DNA of 64,000 nucleotides, from NCBI GenBank assembly GCA_964386195.1, contig CAYLTE010000001.1:2650-66649 (forward strand), in the 5' to 3' direction. The notes beneath the pieces were generated by a model, which saw only the letters and a program-made list of their open reading frames with translations, did not search any database and had not been told where the DNA came from. Each line of letters opens with the position of its first letter. The first letter of the stretch is position 1. The translations under genes and the position numbers were made by a program. Below are positions 56,107 through 64,000 of this stretch, piece after piece. Source of the DNA: an uncultured Burkholderiales bacterium (GTDB lineage Bacteria; Pseudomonadota; Gammaproteobacteria; Burkholderiales; SHXO01).

Positions 56107-56966
56107 GCCTGCTCGGCCTCCCGCCGCGGGGGTGGCGGCGCCCCCGGCGGGCGCTTGTGACGCGAATACGCCCACAGGTACTGCTCGGGACAGCGCGACA
56201 CGGCGCGCTCGATCGCGATGTTCATCCGGCGGATGCCCTCGGCACCGGCGAGGTCCCCCTCGATCGGCTGCACGTCGATGTCGTATCCGCCTGCACCCGG
56301 CCGCCGCAGTGCGGTGGCCACGAACACCGCCGGCCGCGCAACCTCCCACAGCCGGCCGATCAGGGTCATGGTGTAAGCGGGTCGGCCGAAGAAATCGACC
56401 CACATGCCTTCCCCGAATCGCGGCACCTGGTCCGGGAGCACGCCGATCGCCTCGCCGTCGCGCAGCGCCTTGAACAGGCGGCGCACGCCCTTCGCGCTCG
56501 CCGGGGCGAGACGCACGTTGCCGCGTCCCCGGCCCGCCACGATGAGGCCGTCGAGCCACGCCACGCGCGGACGCCGGTACAGCACGGTGATGGGAACGAA
56601 CTGCGCGGCGTACAGGGCGGCGACCTCGAAACACCCCAGGTGCGGCGTGAGCAGAATCACGCCGCGTCCGGCAGCCAGCGCCTGGCGCACGTTCTCTTCG
56701 CCGCGCACGCTGCGCACCAGGCTGGCGGCGTCGCGCGCGTCGCGGAACCACAGCGGGATGGTCTCGATGGCCTGCCTGCCGGTCTCGACGATGTTGGCAC
56801 GCAGTACGCGCTGGAACTCCACCTCGTTCGCGCACAGTCCGCTGGAGCGGAGGTTCTCGCGCAGCCGCCGCGAATAGCGCCCCGACAAGCCATAGGCGAG
56901 CCGCCCGCCGAGCGCACCCAGCGCATGAAAGGCGGCCAGCGGGAGGCGCGCCAGCAGGCGCAGCAT
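56103..56966 (-). CDS. lipid A biosynthesis late acyltransferase family (LpxL/HtrB-like)
   Basis: Start MLRLLARLPLAAF. LTPHLGCFEV (HX4E), LPDQVP motif. Confidence 0.85.
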   Translation of the reverse strand: MLRLLARLPLAAFHALGALGGRLAYGLSGRYSRRLRENLRSSGLCANEVEFQRVLRANIVETGRQAIETIPLWFRDARDAASLVRSVRGEENVRQALAAGRGVILLTPHLGCFEVAALYAAQFVPITVLYRRPRVAWLDGLIVAGRGRGNVRLAPASAKGVRRLFKALRDGEAIGVLPDQVPRFGEGMWVDFFGRPAYTMTLIGRLWEVARPAVFVATALRRPGAGGYDIDVQPIEGDLAGAEGIRRMNIAIERAVSRCPEQYLWAYSRHKRPPGAPPPPRREAEQA

Positions 56967-57127
56967 GACGATCACGAGGCGCTGAATATGCGTTCTTCCA
57001 TCGAGGCAGCGCGATTCTACTGGAACTGCCGGCGCTTCCCGCCTCGGCCGGCAGTCCCGCGTGCGGTGTGCGCCGCATCTCGCGCCCAAGGCATTAGAAT
57101 CGCGCCACCAACCCGCTGCAAGGTCAC

Positions 57128-58156
57128 GTGTCCGACTCGGCCGTCGCGCTCTACTTCGTCGCCTCGCCGCTGCAGTATCTCGCAGCGCGCCGCATCGCCT
57201 CCGGCTTCGAGCCCGGCGCGCGCCAGGTGCTGGTCTGGTACAAGCCGGGCGTGGCCTCCGCTGTCCGGGCCGAGGAGTGGGACGCCGCGTGCTACATGCC
57301 CTGGCCGCGATTCCATCCGATGCCCGGTCCGTTCGGCCGCCATCGCCGCCTTCGCGAGAACCTTCGCATGGTGGCTCAACACGTGGGGCGTTGCGATCGC
57401 CTGCACATCCACAGCGCGGTGTTCGACACGGAGGCCATCAACTACTTCCTGCGCGGCCTGCCGCCCTTGTGCGGCAACCCGGCGATGCACGCGCGCATTC
57501 TTCCCGATGGGCTCATCAGCGTGCGCCGGTATCCGCTCAACCCGATCAAGCGGGCGCTCCAGCACCTGCGCCGGGTGCGCGGCCTCTTTGCGCCCGAGTT
57601 GCGCTACTGGTGCTTCTCGGGCGATCGCATCGGATCGGACGCACCGTTCTGCGACCGCGTCTACGTCCTGCCGGGCCTTCCGCACGAGTACGACCCTGCG
57701 AAGACCATCGTCCTGCCACCCCTTACCGACCGTACGACCGTGCCCGGTGGGCCGACTGCCGCGCGCGCGCTCGTCATCGGGCAGCCGCTGGTGGGGGCGG
57801 GGCTCATGGCGGCACGCGATCGGGACGCGGTGGCGCAGCAGATCGGCGAGTGGCTTGGCGCCCAGGGCGTGCAGGACATCGACTACAAGGGCCATCCCAA
57901 GGATCCCAACCGGGAACTCAACCGGCCCGACTATCGAGTGGTGGATCCGGGTGAGGCCCTGGAGTCCTATATGAGCAGGCAGACCTACCGCTTCGTGGTC
58001 GGTGTGCGCTCCTCGGCGCTGCTGTTCGCCCGGCAGATCTACGGCGAGGACACGCGCGTGATCGCCTTCGGCTGGGATCGCGTGCGGTTCAAATCCGAAC
58101 AGGAAGAGGAGTCCATGCGCGCGGCGTTCGCCACCTGCGGGGTGGAGATGCAATGA
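57128..58156 (+). CDS. hypothetical protein in LPS core cluster (possible GT-B sialyltransferase/GT52-like fold)
   Basis: 342 aa, GTG start. First gene of an overlapping plus-strand operon. LPDG about 120 residues before GHPKDP. Confidence 0.6.
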   Translation: MSDSAVALYFVASPLQYLAARRIASGFEPGARQVLVWYKPGVASAVRAEEWDAACYMPWPRFHPMPGPFGRHRRLRENLRMVAQHVGRCDRLHIHSAVFDTEAINYFLRGLPPLCGNPAMHARILPDGLISVRRYPLNPIKRALQHLRRVRGLFAPELRYWCFSGDRIGSDAPFCDRVYVLPGLPHEYDPAKTIVLPPLTDRTTVPGGPTAARALVIGQPLVGAGLMAARDRDAVAQQIGEWLGAQGVQDIDYKGHPKDPNRELNRPDYRVVDPGEALESYMSRQTYRFVVGVRSSALLFARQIYGEDTRVIAFGWDRVRFKSEQEEESMRAAFATCGVEMQ

Positions 58157-59394
58157 CTCTGTCCGCGCTGCGTTGCGCCGCGCCCGGCATCAATTCCTGG
58201 CTGCTTGCCGGGCTGTTCTTCGTCATTCCCACGACCATCGCCCCCGCATACTGGCTGATGCTGGCGATCCTCCTGCTCTGGCTCGTCGAGGGGCGCTTCG
58301 CCGAGAAATGGCAGGCACTGCGTGGCAACAGCGTGTTCTGGGTCTTCCAGGCCTACTTCTGGATCCTCCCGCTCGGACTGCTCTGGACCGAGGACTTCGG
58401 CGACGGACGGCGCATGGTGAACCGCGCGATGTTCTTCCTGCTCTCGCCGGTTCTGCTGACGGTCGCGCGCCCGGAGCACCGCTGGCGCTACCTGGGCGCG
58501 TTCCTCCTCGGCGTGACGATGTGCGAGATGCTCGCCTACTACAACTGGCTGCGCCTGCACGCGTTCGCTTTCCTGCCCGAAGGCATACAGGTCGACAAGA
58601 ACGAGTTCGACACCGCCCCGTTCGTGGATCGCATCATGTATGCGCCGGTGCTCGCGCTCGCCGCCTATGTTGCGGGCCACGAGCTGCTCTTCCGGGAAGG
58701 GCGGTTGCGCGCACTGTTCGGCTTCTCGCTCCTGCTCACGGCCGGCAACCTGATCATCTCCGGCGGGCGCACGGGCCAGCTCGCCTTCATCGTGCTGATG
58801 GGACTGCTGACGATCCAGCGCTTCGCGCGGCGCCCGGTGCTGGGCAGCATCGGCGCAGTTGCCGTCATGGCAGGCGTGTTCGCCCTTGCCTACGCCGGCA
58901 GCGAATATTTCCGGGAGCGGACCGACGTGGCACTGCACGAACTCGCCAACTACGAGAACGCGGTGGACAGCGCCGTGGGCCTGCGCATCGTCTACAACAT
59001 CAACTCGTGGCGCATCTTCGCCGACCATCCTCTCGCCGGGGTAGGAACCGGCGACTTCGAGGAGGCGTACCGGATCGTCAACGACCGCCACACGCCGATG
59101 TGGCGGCCTACCCACAATCCGCACAGCCAGTACCTGATGGCGCTCACCACCACAGGTTTCCTCGGCGGCATCGTATTGCTGCTCACCCTCCTGCCGCCTG
59201 CGCTGCTGCGTCTGCCGCGCTCGGACGGACTCGATCGGCTGCGCGTTGCACTGCCGGTGCTGTTCCTGATCATCTGCGCGCTGGAATCGTATCTGTGGCG
59301 CACCAACACCTCGCTCATGTTCGTCCTGTTCAGCGTGATGCTGTACGCCAGTCCGTCGTACGCCACGACGCCATGGCGCGAGGTCGGCAAGTGA
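58153..59394 (+). CDS. O-antigen ligase (Wzy_C / WaaL-like) family membrane protein
   Basis: 413 aa with about 10-12 TM segments. Periplasmic loop with SGGRTGQLAF and HNPHSQYL. Confidence 0.85.
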   Translation: MTLSALRCAAPGINSWLLAGLFFVIPTTIAPAYWLMLAILLLWLVEGRFAEKWQALRGNSVFWVFQAYFWILPLGLLWTEDFGDGRRMVNRAMFFLLSPVLLTVARPEHRWRYLGAFLLGVTMCEMLAYYNWLRLHAFAFLPEGIQVDKNEFDTAPFVDRIMYAPVLALAAYVAGHELLFREGRLRALFGFSLLLTAGNLIISGGRTGQLAFIVLMGLLTIQRFARRPVLGSIGAVAVMAGVFALAYAGSEYFRERTDVALHELANYENAVDSAVGLRIVYNINSWRIFADHPLAGVGTGDFEEAYRIVNDRHTPMWRPTHNPHSQYLMALTTTGFLGGIVLLLTLLPPALLRLPRSDGLDRLRVALPVLFLIICALESYLWRTNTSLMFVLFSVMLYASPSYATTPWREVGK

Positions 59395-60446
59395 GCGCCG
59401 CGCCGGACGAGCCTGACCGCATCCTCGTCGTGCGCACCTCGGCCATCGGGGACATCGTCTTCGCCTCGGGCCTGGCCGATGCGTTGCGCGAACGCTACCC
59501 GGCGGCGCACCTTGCGTGGCTCGTCGAGGAAGGCCTGGAAGATCTCCTGCGCGCACATCCCGCGATCGACGAGGTGATGAGCTGGCCACGGCGGCAGTGG
59601 CGGCAACTGTGGCGGTCGCGCCGATACGGGGAACTCATGCGCGCAGTGAGCGCCTTCCGCACCCGTCTGCGCGCGCAACGATTCGAACTGGTACTCGATC
59701 TGCAGGGCTTGCTCAAGAGCGGCGTGCTGGCCCGGCTGTCCGGCGCCCCGAGGCGGATCGGCCTGAACTCGCGCGAGGGCAGCCGGCTGCTGATGACCGA
59801 TGTGGTCGCCGGGCACGGGCAGATCGAGCGGATCGGCTCGGAGTATCAGCACCTGGCCCAGGCCCTGGGGCTGCGTCACGAGCCCTTCGCGCCGGCGCTG
59901 CACGTTCCGGCTGCCGCAGCGGCAAAGGTGGAAGCGCTGCTCGCCGCCCACCATCTCACCCCGGGCGGCTACGCGCTCATCGCGCCGTTCACCACGCGCG
60001 CACAGAAGCACTGGTTCGACGACGCGTGGCGGGAACTCGCAGGCGAACTGCGCACGCGGCTTGGACTGCCCGCCGTGATGCTCGGCGCAGCCGCCGACCG
60101 TCCCCATGCCCGGCGTCTGCGCGCCGAGATGGAATCGATCGTGGATCTGACTGGCCACACCGGTCTCGGCGAGGCAATGGGAATGGTGCAAGGCGCCCGC
60201 GTTGTCATCGGCGTGGACACCGGCCTGACACATATGGGCATCGCCTTCGCGCGCCCCACGGTGGCGCTGTTCGGTTCCACCCGCCCGTATCTGGACACGG
60301 GGCGTGCCGACGCGCGCGTGATCTGGCTCGGCCTCGACTGCTCACCGTGTCGCCGCCATCCGACCTGCGGCGGTGCGTTCAGCTGTCTGCGCCGAATCAC
60401 GGTGTCGACGGTCATGGACCAGGTGCTGCGTGCGCTCGATGCGTGA
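59391..60446 (+). CDS. family 9 glycosyltransferase (ADP-heptose:LPS heptosyltransferase)
   Basis: GTGA overlap with the ligase stop. RILVVRTSAIGDIVFASG..., DLQGLLKSG, GVDTGLTHMG. Confidence 0.85.
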   Translation: MSAAPDEPDRILVVRTSAIGDIVFASGLADALRERYPAAHLAWLVEEGLEDLLRAHPAIDEVMSWPRRQWRQLWRSRRYGELMRAVSAFRTRLRAQRFELVLDLQGLLKSGVLARLSGAPRRIGLNSREGSRLLMTDVVAGHGQIERIGSEYQHLAQALGLRHEPFAPALHVPAAAAAKVEALLAAHHLTPGGYALIAPFTTRAQKHWFDDAWRELAGELRTRLGLPAVMLGAAADRPHARRLRAEMESIVDLTGHTGLGEAMGMVQGARVVIGVDTGLTHMGIAFARPTVALFGSTRPYLDTGRADARVIWLGLDCSPCRRHPTCGGAFSCLRRITVSTVMDQVLRALDA

Positions 60447-60518
60447 GCGGCACGGGTCCGCCGTTCTCGGCTACCATTCGCGCACTTTGTTCGTGGCGGC
60501 TGCGCGCCCGCGCACCTC

Positions 60519-61589
60519 GTGATCTCCTCCCTGCACATCGTCGGAACACGTGAGATGGGCGGCGCCGAACGCTGGTTCGTGCGCTTCCTGCGCGCGATGC
60601 AGCGCGCAGGCGAGCCGGTCGAAGCGCTGGTGCGCAGCGACAGCGACCTTGCGCGTCACCATCTTGCAGGCATCCCGGTCGCGCAGCTCCCGATGCGTAC
60701 AGTGTGGGATCCGCTCTCCCGCTGGCAGGTGAGCCGCTTCGCCCGACGCAGCAGCGCTCGCATCGTGCAAACCTACATGGGGCGCGCGACGCGATTGACT
60801 CATCTGCCCCGCGACCCGGCGAAGGTGCACGTCGCACGGCTCGGCGGCTATTACAAGATCCATCAGTATCGGCACGCGCACGCCTGGATCGGCAACACGG
60901 GCGCGCTGTGCGACTGGATGGTGCACCAGGGATTGCCGGCCAAGCGCGTCTACCACATCGACAACTTCGCCGACGTGGCGATCGAACGCGACGAGGCGCA
61001 GGTGGCTGCGCTGCGTGCGCGCATCGGCGCGCAGCCATCCGACTGGCTGATGCTTCACCCGGCCCGCTTCGTCTGGTTCAAGGGTCACACCAACCTGCTT
61101 GCCGCGTTCGCGCGCCTGCCGGGCGAGATCGACGGACGCCGACCACGCCTCATCCTGCTCGGCGAAGGGGGACTGCGACCGCAACTCGAGGAGCAGGCAG
61201 CACAGCTTGGCATCGGCGATCGAATCGTTTGGGCTGGTTGGCAACAGGAGCCGGCGCAGTGGTACCACCTGGCGGACATGATCGTATTCCCCTCGCTCGA
61301 TGCCGAACCGATGGGAAACGTGATCCTGGAGGCGTGGGCCTATCGCAAGCCGCTGCTGGCGACCGCGTTTCGCGGTGCCCGTGAGATCACCGAGCACGGC
61401 GAGGACGCCTGGGTGGTGCCTTGCGAGGATCCGGAGGCCCTGGCCCGCGGGATGCGGGAAATGATGCGCGACGAAGCGCTGCGCGCGCATCTCGTCGAAC
61501 GCGGCGCGCACCGGGCTGCACTCGAATTCGGAGAGGCGGCCATCGTCGGGCGCTATCGAGCGCTGTACCGCGAACTCCTGGGGGAGTGA
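60519..61589 (+). CDS. family 4 (GT-B) glycosyltransferase
   Basis: 356 aa. GGAERWFV. C-terminal ...FPSLDAEPMGNVILEAWAYRKPLLAT (EX7E region). Confidence 0.88.
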   Translation: MISSLHIVGTREMGGAERWFVRFLRAMQRAGEPVEALVRSDSDLARHHLAGIPVAQLPMRTVWDPLSRWQVSRFARRSSARIVQTYMGRATRLTHLPRDPAKVHVARLGGYYKIHQYRHAHAWIGNTGALCDWMVHQGLPAKRVYHIDNFADVAIERDEAQVAALRARIGAQPSDWLMLHPARFVWFKGHTNLLAAFARLPGEIDGRRPRLILLGEGGLRPQLEEQAAQLGIGDRIVWAGWQQEPAQWYHLADMIVFPSLDAEPMGNVILEAWAYRKPLLATAFRGAREITEHGEDAWVVPCEDPEALARGMREMMRDEALRAHLVERGAHRAALEFGEAAIVGRYRALYRELLGE

Positions 61590-61621
61590 AGCGCTACGCG
61601 CACTGACACGAGGGGAGCGGC

Positions 61622-62284
61622 ATGACCCGATGCGACAAGGCTGTGGCGGCGCTCGTCGTCGCGTATGCGGCAGTTCTGGCATTGCTGCCGTTCGTGCTCG
61701 CCCCCGATACGTTCGATGCGGCGTTCGCCGAAACCGGTCCTTTCGAGCGCCTCTCGCTCCTCGCGTGGATCGCTGCGGCCGCCACCATCGTCGTGAGAGT
61801 GCGTCCGTACCGGACGACGGCCGCCGCCTTCACCGTGCTCTACCTGTTGTTCGCGGCGCGCGAGGCCGACCTGCACAAGGCGTTCACGACGCGCAGCATC
61901 TCCAAGCTCAACTACTACCGCGACGGCTCGATTCCCTTCTCCGAGCGCTTGATCGCTGCGCTGGTGGCAATCGGCATCTTGTGCCTGATTGCGTACGCCG
62001 TGTTCGTGGTGGTGCGCTTCCTGTATGCGCGCGGAGGATTGCGCACGCGCGCGGGCGTGTGGCTGATGCTGGGCGGGGCGCTGCTGGTGTTCGGCAAGGT
62101 ACTGGATCGATCTGCCGCGGTACTGACCCAGGTCTTCCACGTCGCGCGTCCCCAGTGGCTGATGGGACTGACCGACTCGTTCGAGGAGGGATTGGAACTG
62201 GCGACGCCTGCCCTGCTCGCGCTGTCGGCGTGGATCAGTCAGACCAGCGGCGCCTATCTGCAGGGAAAGCGCGCGTCGAAGTGA
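61622..62284 (+). CDS. hypothetical membrane protein
   Basis: 220 aa with about 5-6 TM helices. Last gene of the plus-strand LPS operon. Confidence 0.6.
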   Translation: MTRCDKAVAALVVAYAAVLALLPFVLAPDTFDAAFAETGPFERLSLLAWIAAAATIVVRVRPYRTTAAAFTVLYLLFAAREADLHKAFTTRSISKLNYYRDGSIPFSERLIAALVAIGILCLIAYAVFVVVRFLYARGGLRTRAGVWLMLGGALLVFGKVLDRSAAVLTQVFHVARPQWLMGLTDSFEEGLELATPALLALSAWISQTSGAYLQGKRASK

Positions 62285-62314
62285 ATTCCGAGAGGTCCCG
62301 ACGACGCAGATGCG

Positions 62315-62390
62315 TGGTAGGCCGTGTAGGATTCGAACCTACGACCAATGGATTAAGAGTCCACTGCTCTACCAGCTGAGCTAACGGCCC
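62315..62390 (-). tRNA. tRNA-Lys (anticodon CUU)
   Basis: The reverse complement folds as a 76-nt cloverleaf: GGGCCGT/TA/GCTC-AGCTGGTA-GAGC/A/GTGGA-CTCTTAA-TCCAT/TGGTC/GTAGG-TTCGAAT-CCTAC/ACGGCCT-A-CCA. Confidence 0.93.
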
Positions 62391-62428
62391 GGAAGGAATG
62401 CCCGCAGCGCGCTGCGAGGTCGGGCGAG

Positions 62429-62504
62429 TGGTAGGCGGTGCGAGATTCGAACTCGCGACCAACGGATTAAAAGTCCGCTGCTCTACCGGCTGAGCTAACC
62501 GCCC
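62429..62504 (-). tRNA. tRNA-Lys (anticodon UUU)
   Basis: 76-nt cloverleaf: GGGCGGT/TA/GCTC-AGCCGGTA-GAGC/A/GCGGA-CTTTTAA-TCCGT/TGGTC/GCGAG-TTCGAAT-CTCGC/ACCGCCT-A-CCA. Confidence 0.93.
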
Positions 62505-62519
62505 GCAAAAAAGTACGGC

Positions 62520-62548
62520 ATTTTAAGGACGGGGCGTGGGGGTGTCAA
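62520..62548 (-). promoter_or_regulatory. sigma70-like promoter for the tRNA-Lys pair
   Basis: The minus strand reads TTGACA-17 nt-TAAAAT. The -10 ends about 15 nt upstream of the first tRNA 5' end. Confidence 0.55.
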
Positions 62549-62561
62549 ACCGCGCGAGGCG

Positions 62562-63377
62562 TCAGTTAGTCTTCAGGCGCTGGCGCGCCTTCTCGGCCGC
62601 CTCGCTCTGCGGGTACCTGGCGATGACCTCCTCCAGTGTCTTGCGCGAGGCTGCAGTGTCGCCCAGTGCGAACTGGGCGCTGGACAGGTTGAGCAACGCA
62701 TCGGGCACTTTCGTGCTGTCGGGGTAGGCGGCGATCAGCGCCTGCTGCGCGTTCGCGGCGGCCCGGAAGTCGCGCAGGTTGAACCACGAATCGCCGATCC
62801 AGTACTGCGCATTCGGCGCGAGGGGATCTCGCGGATTGCGCTTGACGAAGGCATCGAACGCAGCGATGGCGCCCTGATAGTCTCCCGCACGATACGCGGA
62901 CAGGGCCGCATCGTAGGCGCGGCGCGGCGTAGCCGCCTCACCGACCGACGGGCTTTGCACCGACGGGGGCGTGGGAGGCGTCGGTGTCGGGATGGCGGCC
63001 GTCGTCGCGGCTGGAGCCGGCGCTGTTGCGTCCTCTTCCCGTGCGGCAAGCGCCGCCTCCAGCCGCTTCAGGCGCGTCTCCAACTCGGCCCGCGCCTTGT
63101 CCTGCTGCTGGGCTGCGTCGCCGCCTCCCTCCAGACGCCGCAGCCGGGTATCGAGGTCCAGGTACATGTCCTTCTGGCGCCGCTGCGCGTTGTCGAGCGC
63201 ATTGGTCAGCACTTCGAGCTCGCCTCTCAACCGCTTGAGCTCCGCGTTGACCGCCTCGACCTGGTTCATCAGTTCGATGACGCCGCGGTTCTGGCTTGCA
63301 GCAGGTTGCTGCGCAAAGCCGTGCAACGGCGACGACAGCAGCGCGCCCAGCAACGCAAGACGCTGAATCGAACGCAT
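62562..63377 (-). CDS. cpoB: tol-pal system protein CpoB/YbgF
   Basis: Start MRSIQRLALLGALLSSPLHGFA (signal peptide), coiled-coil region, Pro/Thr linker, C-terminal TPR domain (YDAALSAYRAGDY...AQYWIGDSWF). Confidence 0.9.
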   Translation of the reverse strand: MRSIQRLALLGALLSSPLHGFAQQPAASQNRGVIELMNQVEAVNAELKRLRGELEVLTNALDNAQRRQKDMYLDLDTRLRRLEGGGDAAQQQDKARAELETRLKRLEAALAAREEDATAPAPAATTAAIPTPTPPTPPSVQSPSVGEAATPRRAYDAALSAYRAGDYQGAIAAFDAFVKRNPRDPLAPNAQYWIGDSWFNLRDFRAAANAQQALIAAYPDSTKVPDALLNLSSAQFALGDTAASRKTLEEVIARYPQSEAAEKARQRLKTN

Positions 63378-63418
63378 CGCCGCCTTGGTCGTGAGCACCG
63401 GGTCCAAACGGGCTGCGG

Positions 63419-64000
63419 TCAACCGTCGATTCCGACGTAGACCAGATCGCTGCGGCGGTTCTCGGCCCACGCCTCCTCGTTGCTGCCCTGGGCCTTCGGC
63501 TTCTCGGCTCCGAAGCTGACGGTTTCGATCTGGCGTTCGGGCACGCCCAGCAGGGTCAGCGCACGCTTGACCGCATCGGCGCGGCGCTGACCCAGCGCCA
63601 GGTTGTACTCGCGGCTGCCACGCTCGTCGCAGTTGCCCTCGACGCGCACGCGCAGGTCGTTGTTCTCGCGCAGCAGCTTGGCGTGCGCTTCGATCATCGA
63701 CTGGTATTCGTCTGCGACGTTGTACATGTCGAAGCCGTAGTACACGCTGCGTTTGGCGAGAGGACTGTCGGGATCGCGCAGCTGGGAGGCGGGGTCTCCG
63801 AGCGTACCCTGCGAGACGCTGCTGCCCGGCAGGGGCTGGACTACCGGCTGTTCGGCTGCCTCGCGCGCCCTGCGCTCGGCTTCGGCACGCCGGCGCGCCT
63901 CTTCCTCCGCAGCCTGTTTCTTGGCGGCCTCGTCCTGGGCAGCCTGCTGCTGGGCGAAGACGTCCTTCTGCTCGACGGTTGCCTGCTTCTTGCCGCCGGC
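63419..64000 (-). CDS. pal: peptidoglycan-associated lipoprotein Pal (5' end beyond window edge)
   Basis: OmpA-like C-terminus: YYGFDMYNV...VEGNCDERGSREYNLALGQRRADAV...NRRSDLVY. The reading frame stays open up to position 64000. The M at 63745 in the ORF track is an internal GTG. Confidence 0.88.
   Translation of the reverse strand, partial: AGGKKQATVEQKDVFAQQQAAQDEAAKKQAAEEEARRRAEAERRAREAAEQPVVQPLPGSSVSQGTLGDPASQLRDPDSPLAKRSVYYGFDMYNVADEYQSMIEAHAKLLRENNDLRVRVEGNCDERGSREYNLALGQRRADAVKRALTLLGVPERQIETVSFGAEKPKAQGSNEEAWAENRRSDLVYVGIDG

Noticed and set aside
62285-62561. Genomic island or integrase attached to the tRNA-Lys genes
   Set aside because: The flanking genes are an LPS-cluster membrane protein and cpoB. 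I found no integrase, direct repeat of the tRNA 3' end, or compositional break.
1-64000. CRISPR arrays, IS elements, prophage or rRNA genes
   Set aside because: Reading both strands, I found no regularly spaced direct repeats, transposase/integrase-like ORFs, phage structural genes or rRNA-like sequence.

Overview
A 64 kb, visibly GC-rich (about two-thirds G+C by eye, not computed), densely coding chromosomal segment. It most likely comes from a Beta- or Gammaproteobacterium, judging from the rph/rdgB, yicC-gmk-rpoZ-spoT and tol-pal (cpoB/pal) + tRNA-Lys synteny. I support about 65 protein genes, 2 tRNA genes, several hairpin terminators, 1 near-consensus promoter and 1 short tandem repeat. 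I found no rRNA, CRISPR array, transposase, integrase or phage genes.

Functional blocks from left to right:
- An edge-truncated cassette of unknown product: a DedA/TVP38-FAD-disulfide-reductase fusion, a GT2 and a DUF2064 gene.
- A PQQ alcohol dehydrogenase with the lanthanide-type D-Y-D signature, plus its cytochrome c.
- An Fe-S (6-4)-type photolyase.
- A regulator-less catabolic island of about 10 kb: TauD, two MFS transporters, an alpha/beta hydrolase, an AtuA-like DUF1446 gene with a small partner, an aldo/keto reductase, a D-aminoacylase and an SMP-30 lactonase.
- A small accessory-looking stretch: an ankyrin protein, a membrane Mrr-like nuclease, a split ChrA pair with EthD, orphan hypotheticals and an aromatic-tailed lipoprotein.
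- cspA and the class II RNR gene nrdJ.
- A tryptophan tryptophylquinone (TTQ) amine dehydrogenase cluster in the order mauB-E-D-A-monoheme cytochrome c. It resembles the aromatic amine dehydrogenase (aau) layout and lacks mauG and amicyanin. A MASE1-PAS hybrid sensor kinase lies directly upstream.
- aqpZ, and ergothioneine genes egtB and egtD separated by about 12.5 kb of housekeeping genes.
- An LPS core / lipid A cluster containing an unassigned 342 aa enzyme.
- Two tandem tRNA-Lys genes and the end of the tol-pal operon.

I did not find an unambiguous new multi-gene system such as a defence island. The most promising second-look items are the mauG-less TTQ cluster, the AtuA-like island, the left-edge cassette, the acidic disordered ORF coupled to egtB, and the unassigned LPS-cluster enzyme. 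All family assignments come from reading the translated ORFs against remembered family signatures. No database search was run.
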